From the NCBI GenBank assembly GCA_963977015.1, contig CAXBMO010000012.1, forward strand, positions 1 to 64,000: a stretch of 64,000 nucleotides of DNA, written 5' to 3'. The notes under the pieces are model-generated. The model was not told the DNA's origin. It saw only the letters and a program-made list of their open reading frames with translations, and searched no databases. Each line of letters starts with the position of its first letter. Within the stretch, counting starts at the first letter, position 1. Made by a program: the position numbers and the translations under genes. The DNA comes from an uncultured bacterium (lineage in GTDB: Bacteria; Verrucomicrobiota; Verrucomicrobiia; Verrucomicrobiales; DEV007). This document shows, piece after piece, positions 29,801 to 38,969 of the stretch.

Positions 29801-30675
29801 ACATCGAAGGTTTTGCGGAGGTAGATCGGCTCGTTATCCGTTTTGTCCGCGCGCCAGATCCAATTGGGTTTGGGTTCTTCGGAAACCCATTTGTAATTCA
29901 CCGGAGGCGCGGGAGAGGCGGCTGCGGCTCCGGCGGGTTTGGCCTTGGCTTTTTTGTCGTTGGCGACGGCAGCTTTGAGAACGGCTTGCGCCTTGTCGCC
30001 GGCCAAGGGACGGAACTTGAGATCTTTGAACTCGACGCGCATGGGTGGACCGGCGTGGAGCTGCAAACCGAGGACTCCCTTGGCGAAGGCTTCCGGATGA
30101 TTGTCGGTCAGGTCCATCGTGTTGACGCCGTTGATTTGGTGAACCATGCGATTGCCGACCGCCACGATGCGAATCTCGTTCCATTCCCAATCGACGAGCT
30201 GCTGGTTTTTGTCGCCGATTTCGGCCACGACCCTGGGTTTGCCTTCCGCGCCGGCTTCGACCCGTTGAAACCGTTGGGCGATGATGCCGCGACCGGTTTT
30301 CTCCCCATACATCATCCCAAAGTACTCGGGTTTGGGGTGGAGATCCGCCTGGTAGCCTTTGAGCGCGAAATGCTCGGGATCGACGAGTTCGCTGCGATAC
30401 TGCACGCCGGAATTGTTGCCCTTGAAGCGAACTTTCGCGGTGAATTCGAAATCCTCGACCTCGCCACCCTGCCAAACGAGAAACGTGTTCGGCTTGGCGG
30501 GATTCTCCGCCGTGGTTTCGCCGACAATCGCTCCGTCCTCCACCTTCCAAAAGCCGTCCTTGCCGGCCCAGCCCGAGAGATCGCTCCCATTGAACAGGCT
30601 CTGGAAATCTTCTCCATGGGCGGAAAGGGTCAGGAGAGGGGCGAGGAGAAAGGCAATTGGGAGAACGCGAATCAT
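26866..30675 (-). CDS. DUF1080 plus carbohydrate-binding-like module plus PVC-type heme-binding dehydrogenase
   Basis: LFNGSDLSGW..NSGVQYRS..GLQLHAG (DUF1080); GEHGNH, GYRNQYD, DADMEWD; HEAT-like repeats; CAACH..IGPDLT..SIIEPS..SQMP. Confidence 0.9.
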   Translation of the reverse strand: MIRVLPIAFLLAPLLTLSAHGEDFQSLFNGSDLSGWAGKDGFWKVEDGAIVGETTAENPAKPNTFLVWQGGEVEDFEFTAKVRFKGNNSGVQYRSELVDPEHFALKGYQADLHPKPEYFGMMYGEKTGRGIIAQRFQRVEAGAEGKPRVVAEIGDKNQQLVDWEWNEIRIVAVGNRMVHQINGVNTMDLTDNHPEAFAKGVLGLQLHAGPPMRVEFKDLKFRPLAGDKAQAVLKAAVANDKKAKAKPAGAAAASPAPPVNYKWVSEEPKPNWIWRADKTDNEPIYLRKTFDVPAKIGPAKLYATCDNGADVFLNGEKIGTAPDWGSPILHWDATRFLKPGKPNTFAVKAHNRGGVAAFVLKLEIDGVDGEKLHVVSDPTWKLSLTNPAGWETPAFDDSSWNAQLKSYGHFGISPWGVAGLNGPGGKSSDPAKDPLDVANITVAKGFQVELLYKVPKEEQGSWVSLTTDGNGRLLASDQGGKGLYRITIGEHPEKPQVNVEKVPVDLSGAQGMTWHQDALYFHRNGGHLYKVTDSNGDDQLDSFEELPSERGGGEHGNHAVIVAEDGEHLYVIGGNHANIPPADSIANSKVPTWDEDLLLPREWDANGHARGRLAPGGWVSKFDPVTKTHELISTGYRNQYDIALNRAGDLFTYDADMEWDLGTPWYRPTRINHVVSGSDYGWRSGSGKWPVYYEDSLPPIVDIGPGCPTGVLGGQGAKFPANYQDAIYALDWTFGTIYAIHLTPDGAGYRGEQEAFCYGAPLPVTDAIIGHDGAFYFTIGGRNTQSALFRITYVGDESTAPATGTLPGHEARELRRSLEAFHGVGNTDAAVDPDVVLAAAWPHLASPDRWLRHAARLAVEAQPTSAWADRVLAESDPQARITGAVALARMGETSHQAALVTSLLELDPQTLSESQLLGLLRAYALTFIRLGQPTAEQREKIIASLDPHLPHPSKNVTTELVRVLVYLEAPNVIAKTIDLIKNPGKTEVPDWTELASRNKGYGGRVLAMLENHPPTHEINYAFMLRNLRKGWTMDQRRSYIEFINAAAKYPGGNSFGKFLANMRDEVLGYLSNADRAALADISGENFNPVPDFPIVPPAGPGQNWTVATAAKFTTGGQFRNASFERGRSLFHAAACAACHRFDGLGGDIGPDLTTVKNKFDANYLLESIIEPSNVISDQYGSKIVTLKDGTAISGLVVEEGATAKVYPAVKTSEELKPTIVKLSDIAKIEESPISQMPPMLLNAFSGEEVRDLIAYLMSGGDPEARRVYK

Positions 30676-30899
30676 GATGTCAGGGAAATCGGGGTTGGTA
30701 GGGCTTTTTCTTTACACGCAAACTCTCGCCGGATTTAACGGGTTTCTTGAAGAAACTTGGGGAGGTCGAATGGAGAGGCCTGCGCGAGCCCAAATTCGCG
30801 CATTGATCAGGATTGGATCGTTCCTGACCGATTCTTTTCTTGACCCTGGCGAATGCCTTTCACACCATGCGATTCTCTCGATTAACCTAGGAGTCAGTC

Positions 30900-32042
30900 A
30901 TGCCAATTCTCGATGCCGCTCTGGCATTTTCTCTCACCATGCTTGTTGTCGCGTCGGTCGTCAGCATCATGGTCAACGTGATTCACGGGCTTCTGAAGTC
31001 GCGCAAGAAACGCGTGAAACAGATGATCAAAGCGTTCCTGCAGGAAGAGCTGAGGCCGGTCGCGAATCGCGAAATGTTGCGCCTCTCTGATCAGCTGGCG
31101 GAAGAGGGCAAGGAGTTGGTTCGCCAGAAAGCGGATGTTCTCGCGCGGTTTTCCGACGATGAGTTGTTTTGCGAAACCCATTTGAATGAGTTGGCGGATT
31201 TGACGGCTGATGATCTCAAGGAGCAACTCAAGCGCAGTGATCTGGGCGGAACGCTCCTGGATCAATTGGGCAACAAGGCGGAACCGGTGTTCGAGGAATT
31301 CGCGAGCCGCTACGAGTCCGTCGCAAGCCGCTATGCGAGGAGCTTTCGCAATCACACCCGGGCCTGGACTACGGGATTGGCGATGCTGCTCGCCTTTGGA
31401 TTGAACATCGACAGCATTTTCATCCTCGACAGTTATCTGAAGAACCACACGGCGCGTGATGTCATCGTCGGTCAGATGGACCAGATTCTGGCCCGCTACG
31501 ACGAGGGCGTCGCCAAGAGCCTGGCCCAACTGGACGAAAACGGGGAGGAGGCTGCGCTCGGGTTCAAACAAGCGTATGCGACCACGAAAGGCGAGATTGA
31601 CTCGTTGATGGGATTCGGGTTGCCCATTGGCTGGGAGTATTTTCCGCACTTCAAACGCGATAGACCGCCGATCGGTTTGGATCTGGACGTGGACGTGGAA
31701 GTCAGCGTCGAAGTGCCGATTGACGCGACGACGTCAGGTTCGCAGCCGGACGGGGTTGCCGAAGCCGCCGTGACATCGGTCGAGACGTCATCGACTTCCC
31801 ATGCGGTTCAACCGACTGGATCCGATGAGGGACCGGCGACCACCACGGAGACCTACGTCTATGAGATTGACAATGTGTTCACGGATCGCCGGCTTCGCAA
31901 TGATCCGACGGATTGGATCAAGTGGGTTCTTGGTGTGCTGCTGACTGGAATTCTTGCCGGCGTTGGCGCCCCGTTCTGGTATGACATCGTCACCAGCATC
32001 TCTCGTGTTCGAAAAAGTGGTTCGAAGGCTCAGGACGCGTAG
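30900..32042 (+). CDS. Conserved membrane protein (NID/GLPIGW/GAPFW motifs)
   Basis: N-terminal TM helix, helical domain, GLNIDSI, GLPIGW, LLTG..GAPFWYD. Confidence 0.75.
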   Translation: MPILDAALAFSLTMLVVASVVSIMVNVIHGLLKSRKKRVKQMIKAFLQEELRPVANREMLRLSDQLAEEGKELVRQKADVLARFSDDELFCETHLNELADLTADDLKEQLKRSDLGGTLLDQLGNKAEPVFEEFASRYESVASRYARSFRNHTRAWTTGLAMLLAFGLNIDSIFILDSYLKNHTARDVIVGQMDQILARYDEGVAKSLAQLDENGEEAALGFKQAYATTKGEIDSLMGFGLPIGWEYFPHFKRDRPPIGLDLDVDVEVSVEVPIDATTSGSQPDGVAEAAVTSVETSSTSHAVQPTGSDEGPATTTETYVYEIDNVFTDRRLRNDPTDWIKWVLGVLLTGILAGVGAPFWYDIVTSISRVRKSGSKAQDA

Positions 32043-32104
32043 CGCCTCGTTTATGACGCGGTGGGCACTCGCCTGATGGCGGGAAATCGGCTAGTAGAGT
32101 TGCC

Positions 32105-32719
32105 ATGCTTCAACTGATTGAGCTTTTGGCCGTGCTATCATCGGCGGCGTTTGGCGTGCTGTTGGCTCGCAAGAAACGACTCGACTTCGTCGGCGTGTTT
32201 ACGGTGGCGTTCATCACCGCGTTTGGGGGTGGAACGTTGCGGGACGTGTTGCTCAACCGCCAGCCGCTGTTTTGGATCAAGGAGTCGCATTACCCGGTCA
32301 TCGTTTTCGGGCTCGCGTTGTTTGGCGCGATTTTGCCGAGTTTCGACGGCAAGCTGCGGCGTTTCCTCTTTATTCCCGATGCCCTGGGCCTGGGTTTTTT
32401 CACGATTGTCGGAACCAGCTACGCGCTCGACGCCGGAACCTCGTGGTTCATCGCATCGCTCTTTGGCGTGATGACGGGAACCTTTGGCGGCGTGGCGGGC
32501 GATGTGATTTGCAACGAGATTCCCAGCCTGTTTCGCCAAACTCCCCTGTGCGCAACATGCGCCTTTGCCGGAAGCTGGGTTTACATCCTCGGTTCGATCA
32601 CCACGTTTCCGGACTCCGCGATTCTGATCGTCTCGATTGCGGTCGTCGTCGTGATGCGCCTCCTCGCAATCCGCTTCAATTGGGTCCTGCCCACAACCAT
32701 GCCGCCGGAGGGGGAGTGA
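32105..32719 (+). CDS. Trimeric intracellular cation channel/UPF0126 family membrane protein
   Basis: Duplicated TAFGGGTLRD and GTFGGVAGD motifs, DALGLG. Confidence 0.9.
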   Translation: MLQLIELLAVLSSAAFGVLLARKKRLDFVGVFTVAFITAFGGGTLRDVLLNRQPLFWIKESHYPVIVFGLALFGAILPSFDGKLRRFLFIPDALGLGFFTIVGTSYALDAGTSWFIASLFGVMTGTFGGVAGDVICNEIPSLFRQTPLCATCAFAGSWVYILGSITTFPDSAILIVSIAVVVVMRLLAIRFNWVLPTTMPPEGE

Positions 32720-32723
32720 AACG

Positions 32724-33149
32724 TCAGGTCGCGGGATCCTCGCTTTCGATCAGGTCCTGTAGGCTGAAGTCGTCCACACAATTCTCCATCTTCCACTGCC
32801 CGTCTGAATTCAGCCGAAAGGAGGCGATCCACTTTTTGCCTTTCCATTGCTCGGGAGCGATCATGGAGAGCACGCGTTGGCCGCGGATTTCGTAGAGATG
32901 GTAGGATTCGCCGACGAGCGGCTCGAACCCGAATTTGGCTTCGTAGATGAGCTTGTTCCAATTGAACTGGTCGACCAACTCGCGGTACTGTTCGTGCAGC
33001 TCCTTCAACTGTTGCTGGAATTCCTTCTGAACCCGGCTGATGCCGCGCGACTTGAAGGTGGTGAGGTCGTTGGGAAGGATCCTCGGACTCAACGTGGAGG
33101 TTGGGTAGGGGAGGAAACTCGCCGAAGGTTTGTCTGGTGGCTCTTCCAT
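32724..33149 (-). CDS. DUF2452-like protein
   Basis: FLPYPT, IYEAKFGFEPLVGESYHLY, LSMIAPEQW, DGQW. Confidence 0.75.
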   Translation of the reverse strand: MEEPPDKPSASFLPYPTSTLSPRILPNDLTTFKSRGISRVQKEFQQQLKELHEQYRELVDQFNWNKLIYEAKFGFEPLVGESYHLYEIRGQRVLSMIAPEQWKGKKWIASFRLNSDGQWKMENCVDDFSLQDLIESEDPAT

Positions 33150-33256
33150 CGCAGTGCTGGTGCAGTCTTTACGGATGCTCTTTCGAAGAAGATGAGGAAA
33201 ATCGGCGCTTTTTCGAGAGCTTCTCTGCGAAATGCGCACCAATCAATTTGGGCCGC

Positions 33257-34015
33257 TCAGAGCCCGGTCGGATGATCGATGAATTCCCACTCGACCTCGA
33301 ACTTGTTGGCGAGGTGTGCGGAAAGCGCTTTGACGCCGAAGGTCTCGGTGGCGTAGTGGCCAGCGTAGATCAGGTTGACGCCGAGCTCTTCCGCCGCGGT
33401 GTAGGTCCAATGCTGGCCCTCGCCGGTGATGAAGGTGTCGACCCCCTGGGCGGCGGCGGCGAACACTTCCGGCCCCGCGCCTCCGGTACAGACCCCGACG
33501 TTGCGCACCGTTTCCGGACCGCCGGGACAAAGATGAACTCGGGCGCCACCGACCGCGTTCTCCGTTTTGGCGACAAGGTCGGCCCGGCTGATTTCCGTTT
33601 CGAACTTCAGGCCTAACGAAATACCTTTCCATGGCAGGAAGGGCGACCCGTTGGATAAACCCAGTTCACGGCAAAGCACGGCGTTGTTGCCGACTTCGGG
33701 ATGCTCGTCGAGCGGAATGTGAGCGCTGTAAATCGCGAGATCGTGATCGAAAGCCAGTTTCAGCTTTTCATGGTTGGCGCCGCGAATTGGTTGAGCGCCG
33801 CTCCAGAACATGCCGTGATGCACGATCAAGAGATTCGCACCACGTTGGGTAGCCTCCCGGATCACGGGAAGGCAGGCATCGACCGCCGCCGCGATTTTGG
33901 TGACGTGGCCGGAGTTTTGGAGCTGAAGCCCGTTCAGCGCGTGGGGGTAGTCCGGAATTTCACCGATGCGGAGAAAGTCCTGACAATGATCGACGATCGA
34001 GTCTAAAGAAGCCAT
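33257..34015 (-). CDS. Nif3-like dinuclear metal centre protein
   Basis: NGLQ, AAVDA, VHHG, HIPLD.H..GNN, FITGE, AGHYATE. Confidence 0.93.
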   Translation of the reverse strand: MASLDSIVDHCQDFLRIGEIPDYPHALNGLQLQNSGHVTKIAAAVDACLPVIREATQRGANLLIVHHGMFWSGAQPIRGANHEKLKLAFDHDLAIYSAHIPLDEHPEVGNNAVLCRELGLSNGSPFLPWKGISLGLKFETEISRADLVAKTENAVGGARVHLCPGGPETVRNVGVCTGGAGPEVFAAAAQGVDTFITGEGQHWTYTAAEELGVNLIYAGHYATETFGVKALSAHLANKFEVEWEFIDHPTGL

Positions 34016-34094
34016 CCAGCAAAAGAAACCCGGCGGGAGCGCTGTCAATCACCAAGACGATTGACGAGGAAGCGAACGATCGCCGCGTGGCTCG

Positions 34095-35324
34095 TCACTT
34101 GGGTTCGCCACTTACCGGCAACAGACTCTCCGGAGGATGAGGGGCGCTTTTGGCGAGAATCTGTTTCTCGGTTCCAAAATCGATGACGAGTTGGTGGATG
34201 TCCTGCGCGGAGACCTCACCCTGATAGACCGATGTGTCTTTGAGGTTCTTCTCGAGCCAATTTTGAGTCACCATGATCTGCACCGAGCCTTGTTCATCGG
34301 AGGAAACCGAGATGCCGCGATCGCGCATCACGAGCGGGGCAAATGCGGCGAAGGCGAGAAAGACGGATGCGATTCCGGCCAGGGCGATTCCGGCGGAATG
34401 GCGCTTCGTCACATGCCGGATGATTTTTGGCGTCGTCAGCTCATCAATGGAGGGCTCTCGGCGAGCTGTGACCTGTGGCTTTGGCGTGAGGTTGGAAAGG
34501 GCTGGGTCAGGGTGAAGGAAGGCCGGGCGAGGCGGAATGGGCTCACGAAGCCGGGACGCGACGACAAGACCGCCGCGAAGGGTTGGGCGTGGCTCGATTC
34601 GGTTGGAAGGTCCGGGCAGTCCCAGCATCGCGGGAAGCGACATGGCATCCGGATCGGTGTCCGAGAGCTCCTCTACGGGCTCGGAATCAGGAACACTGGC
34701 GCTGTCGAGAGGCCCGAGCTCGAATTCCGCTTGCTCAGTTTCGACGGAGCCAACCCGGATTCCGTTTGCGTCCAGCTCTGAGAAACCAGCCATGTTGTGC
34801 GCTGTTTCCCAGGCTTTCGTGGTCATGGCGACGATGATGGTCGCGCCGTGTTCTCGTGCCATTCCGTCGATGGCGTTGACCATCAGACCCAATTCGTGAG
34901 GATCCAGGTTCAGGGCTGAATCAAAAGGGGAAATCACGACGACGCGTTGGCCTTTTCGCCGCCCAAGATAGCCACGCAGAAACATCCCCCATTGTGGTGG
35001 TGCTGCGGTGGGAAGCAGCTCACTGTGCATGGCAGGAAAGACTTTCATCACGGCCTGACAAAGCTCGTCCATGCCATTTGAGCCGCTTGGTGCAACGTGA
35101 GAGAAATGCTCACAAACCTTCAGGCTTTCCAGATGAGGCAGCAATTCGTTCTCAACAAAGTCTGCGATGCCTTCCCGCGTTTTCCCAGTTAACACGATCG
35201 GGGCTTGAGTGGAGAAAAGCGACTTCTGGAGTGCGTCGAGCAATTCATCGGCCTCGAGCTCGCCCTTCTTGCGGGCAAGGGTCAGGAAGAGAGACTCAAG
35301 CGAATTGAGGGCGTGGTATTTCAT
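34095..35324 (-). CDS. Membrane-anchored protein with degenerate P-loop/STAND-like N-terminal domain
   Basis: 409-aa ORF with a Pro-rich linker and one TM helix (GIALAGIASVFLAFAAFAPLVM); N-terminus discussed in findings. Confidence 0.65.
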   Translation of the reverse strand: MKYHALNSLESLFLTLARKKGELEADELLDALQKSLFSTQAPIVLTGKTREGIADFVENELLPHLESLKVCEHFSHVAPSGSNGMDELCQAVMKVFPAMHSELLPTAAPPQWGMFLRGYLGRRKGQRVVVISPFDSALNLDPHELGLMVNAIDGMAREHGATIIVAMTTKAWETAHNMAGFSELDANGIRVGSVETEQAEFELGPLDSASVPDSEPVEELSDTDPDAMSLPAMLGLPGPSNRIEPRPTLRGGLVVASRLREPIPPRPAFLHPDPALSNLTPKPQVTARREPSIDELTTPKIIRHVTKRHSAGIALAGIASVFLAFAAFAPLVMRDRGISVSSDEQGSVQIMVTQNWLEKNLKDTSVYQGEVSAQDIHQLVIDFGTEKQILAKSAPHPPESLLPVSGEPK

Positions 35325-35601
35325 GTTCGTTGGGAATAGCAGAAGGTTAGGTCTACAATATCGCGAATATTTTCGAAAACGACACCAAAAAATAATGAAA
35401 TCTAAGAAGTTTTGATAACAAGATTATTAACTAACTCAAAATGAACGCAAAACGAAAGATCAATTTGCATTCCTGAACGGTCCTGTTGTTAGTGGGCGCT
35501 TGTTGTTGGATTTTGGAGCTGATTTTCCCGGTTGGTTTTCCAAAGAAATTGCTCAAAAACTCGAATCAAAACCCGAAATTTTGCCGATTTGAAATTTCCC
35601 G

Positions 35602-36690
35602 ATGGAACGCGTTGCCATTAGTTCGTCCGCCTTGATGCACCTAGCCAGGTTGATCTTTGCGCTGATTTGTATGTTGGTGGGGATCTCACTGGCGGTGGGG
35701 CAAGAGCCCGCCCAGCCGTGGTGGCTCGGTTCGATCTGCGGGATCCTGTTTGCGGCTTCGGTAGTCGGGACGGAGTTGCTGCTTCAGGATCTGAGTTTTC
35801 GCCGGTTTTCTCACGCGACCGTTGGCTTGTTGGTCGGGTTGCTCGGTGCGTGGTTGATCACCCAGGTTTTTAAAACCAAAGGGCTGATCGGTCGCAGCGA
35901 AGTCCAGACCATCGTGGAACTCATGCTCTACTTCGGGTTCGGGTTCATGGGAATGATGCTGGCGTTGCGCGCCAACAAGGAAGAATTTTCGCTGCTGATC
36001 CCTTATGTCCGGTTTCGTCAGGAATCCGTGAGTGAGCAACCTCTGCTGGTCGACACCAACGCCATCATTGATGGCCGCATCCCAAAAATCTGCGCGACCG
36101 GGTTTCTTGGCGGATCGCTGATCGTTCCGAAGTTCGTGATCGATGAACTCCACAAACTGGCGGACGGAAAGGACGAGGTAAAGTCGGCCCGGGGCAAGCG
36201 CGGTTTGGAATCACTCAATCAAATGCGGCAATCGCCCAGTCTCGAAATCACGATTCATGAAGACGTGCCTACCGACGAAACCATGGTCGATGCCCAGCTC
36301 GTGGCGCTGGCGCGAATGTTGGGCGCGCGATTGCTGACCAACGACGTGAACCTCGGCAAAGTCGCCAAGGTTCAGGGGGTCGGCGTCCTCAATCTCAATG
36401 ATCTGGCAAAGGCGATGCGGCCGATGGTCGCTCCGGGAGATGAAATCAATCTCAGCCTCACCAAGGAAGGCAAAGATCCTCACCAAGCCGTTGGCTACCT
36501 TCCGGACGGCACCATGATTGTCGTGAATCATGCGGTGGAGAAGATCGGCACGAATCAGGATGTGATTGTGGCCGGTGCCGTTCAGACCAGTGCTGGCCGC
36601 CTCATTTTCGCGGAACTCAAGGGCTCGACCCGGAGCGAGCAACTGCTCGAACGAGGACTCGATACCGACCCGGAGATTCACGCTCCTTAG
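35602..36690 (+). CDS. Membrane PIN/TRAM domain protein (YacL-like)
   Basis: Four TM helices, VDTNAIIDGRI, RGKRGL, LTNDVNL, GKDPHQAVGYLPDGTMIVV, QTSAGRLIF. Confidence 0.92.
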   Translation: MERVAISSSALMHLARLIFALICMLVGISLAVGQEPAQPWWLGSICGILFAASVVGTELLLQDLSFRRFSHATVGLLVGLLGAWLITQVFKTKGLIGRSEVQTIVELMLYFGFGFMGMMLALRANKEEFSLLIPYVRFRQESVSEQPLLVDTNAIIDGRIPKICATGFLGGSLIVPKFVIDELHKLADGKDEVKSARGKRGLESLNQMRQSPSLEITIHEDVPTDETMVDAQLVALARMLGARLLTNDVNLGKVAKVQGVGVLNLNDLAKAMRPMVAPGDEINLSLTKEGKDPHQAVGYLPDGTMIVVNHAVEKIGTNQDVIVAGAVQTSAGRLIFAELKGSTRSEQLLERGLDTDPEIHAP

Positions 36691-37809
36691 TTAAAGCGTT
36701 TCGAGAAATCGCTCGAAATAGCGCGCGCCGGCCTCAAGATCTTCAACCGTGATCCATTCGTCCTTGGTATGGGCCTGGTCGATGGAGCCGGGACCGATGG
36801 CGATGCTGGGAATCCCCGCTTCCGCCAACCAGCCGCCGTCGCAAAACCACGGCGCGTCGACGAGCTTGGAGCCGCAGGACTGCAGCTTTTTCACGTAGGG
36901 ATTTTCAGGATCGGTTCGCAACGTGGGACTTTTCCCAACCACCTTGATCTCGACTTCCGGGAAGCCGGAACGATCCAGGAACTCACGCATGGTTTCCACG
37001 ACGCCGCGTTGGTAGAGGCTGGGCGTGGCGCGAATGTCGATCGTCGCGGTGCAGGAATCGGGAACAATGTTCGCCCGGGTCCCGCCATGAAACATGTTGG
37101 CGCTGACGGTCGGCAAGCCGAGCACGTCGTCCGCGAATTCAGCGAGGCTGGGCCGGAACCCGGTTTCGATCGCCTGGAGAACGTGGGCCATCTTGATCAC
37201 CGCATTGTCGCCAAGTTCGGGGCGCGAGCTGTGCGCCGCTTTTCCTCGGGTTGCCAGTTCCAGCCACCAGCAGGCTTTGTGCGCGTAAACGACATCGAGC
37301 TTGGTCGGTTCCCCAACGACCGCGAAGTCGACTTCGTCGCCGTAGCGTTTCCCAAAGTCCCGGGAACCGTATTGCGAGCTTTCCTCACTCATGAAACCGA
37401 CAAAGAGAATCCGGGTTCCCAACTTGGGGAGTTGGTCGCGTTTTTCGTGCAATGCCCAGAGCATCGCCGCCATGCTGCCCTTGGTGTCGCTCGCGCCGCG
37501 TCCCCAGATTTTGCCGTCGCGAAATTTAGCTCCAAAGGGATCAATCGTCATCCCGGCGATTCCCACCGTATCGAGATGAGGGCCGAACAGCAGAGTCTCC
37601 GTGGCGTCGGAATCGCACGGAAAACGGCCAATCACGTTAGCGCGATCGGGCAGCACTTCGTCAAACGTCACTTCGGCACCACAGCTTCGTAAAAATTCGC
37701 CAACGAACTCGCCGCAGGCTTTCTCCCCGGTCTGGTCGGTCCCCGGTTCGCCATCCGGGTTGACGCTGGGAATCGCGATGAGGTCGCGGAGAAGTTGGGT
37801 GGCACTCAT
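36691..37809 (-). CDS. M20 family metallopeptidase (ArgE/DapE-like)
   Basis: HLDTV, GRGASDTKG, SEE, GEPT, GKAAHSS, AHTKDE. Confidence 0.92.
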   Translation of the reverse strand: MSATQLLRDLIAIPSVNPDGEPGTDQTGEKACGEFVGEFLRSCGAEVTFDEVLPDRANVIGRFPCDSDATETLLFGPHLDTVGIAGMTIDPFGAKFRDGKIWGRGASDTKGSMAAMLWALHEKRDQLPKLGTRILFVGFMSEESSQYGSRDFGKRYGDEVDFAVVGEPTKLDVVYAHKACWWLELATRGKAAHSSRPELGDNAVIKMAHVLQAIETGFRPSLAEFADDVLGLPTVSANMFHGGTRANIVPDSCTATIDIRATPSLYQRGVVETMREFLDRSGFPEVEIKVVGKSPTLRTDPENPYVKKLQSCGSKLVDAPWFCDGGWLAEAGIPSIAIGPGSIDQAHTKDEWITVEDLEAGARYFERFLETL

Positions 37810-37857
37810 GGAGGAGAATTGGAGTTACGTGCGTTGACGTGGAGCGGTCAATTGACG

Positions 37858-38916
37858 TTAGGGTGTTTCAGCGAGGCCTTCTTCCTTGAGCCGAAGCTGA
37901 CCGCAGGCGGCGTCAATGTCGTGACCTTTCTCGCGGCGCAGGGTTGCCTGGGCTCCGTTTCTCTTCAAGACGCCGAGAAAGGCATCCTGATGCGGCTCGG
38001 ACGGTCGTTTCCACGGCAGGCCATCAACCGTGTTGTAGGGAATGAGGTTGACCTTGGCATGTAGCGACTTGGCGCGCTTGGCGAGCAACTCGGCTTGATC
38101 CAGCCCGTCGTTCACCCCTTCAATCAGGATGTATTCGAACGTGATTTTCTGTTTCTTGCGTTCTGCGTAATAGTGAAGGGCTTCGAAGAGGCGCTCGAGC
38201 GGATACTTGCGATTCACCGGCATGATCTGTTCCCGCACCTCGTCCGATGCGCCGTGCAAACTGATCGCGAGCCGGATTTGGAGAGGCTGATCGGCAAATT
38301 TCTTGATTTGAGGCGCCAGGCCCGAAGTCGAGACCGTCATGTGGCGAGCACCGATCCCGATGCCCCACGGAGAGTTGAGAATCTCGATCGCCTTGCTGAG
38401 ATTGGTAAAGTTAGCGAGCGGTTCGCCCATGCCCATGAAGACGATGTTGTCGACGCGTTGGCCGGAGGCGGCTTCGGCCTGCATCACCTGTTCGACGATT
38501 TCGCCCGGTTCCAGATTCCGGGCAAACCCGGCCAACCCGCTCGCGCAGAATTTGCAATCGTAGGCGCAGCCAACCTGGCTGGAAACGCAGAGCGTGTGCC
38601 GGTCCGACGGTTGTCCATAGAGCGAGGGATTTGCCGGAATCAGCACGGATTCGACAAACCGGCCGTCATGGAGTTTGAAGAGATACTTGCGTGTCGTGTC
38701 TTCCGAACCCTGCTGTCGGGCGAGAGCCATGGTGCGAAGTTCGAACTTCGCGGCCAGTTTTTCGCGCAACCCCAGCCCCAGATTCGTCATTTCCTCAAAC
38801 GAGGTGACGCGCTTCTCGTAGACCCATTGTGCAAGTTGCTTGGCACGAAAAGTCGGCTCGCCCATTTCGGTAAGGGCGGCTTCCAGATCGCTGAGACTCA
38901 GGTTCGTGATCGACAT
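37858..38916 (-). CDS. rlmN: 23S rRNA m2A2503 methyltransferase RlmN
   Basis: CVSSQVGCAYDCKFC, FMGMGEP, ISLH, NLIPYN, DIDAACGQL. Confidence 0.96.
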   Translation of the reverse strand: MSITNLSLSDLEAALTEMGEPTFRAKQLAQWVYEKRVTSFEEMTNLGLGLREKLAAKFELRTMALARQQGSEDTTRKYLFKLHDGRFVESVLIPANPSLYGQPSDRHTLCVSSQVGCAYDCKFCASGLAGFARNLEPGEIVEQVMQAEAASGQRVDNIVFMGMGEPLANFTNLSKAIEILNSPWGIGIGARHMTVSTSGLAPQIKKFADQPLQIRLAISLHGASDEVREQIMPVNRKYPLERLFEALHYYAERKKQKITFEYILIEGVNDGLDQAELLAKRAKSLHAKVNLIPYNTVDGLPWKRPSEPHQDAFLGVLKRNGAQATLRREKGHDIDAACGQLRLKEEGLAETP

Positions 38917-38969
38917 TGGGATTCGAAACTCGAAATTCGGGAAACGCACCCTAATCTACTCGACCCATC

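Noticed and set aside
38921-38945. Short heptamer-like repeats (TTCGAAA CTCGAAA TTCGGGA) between rlmN and truA
   Set aside because: Only three degenerate units; too weak to assign a function.
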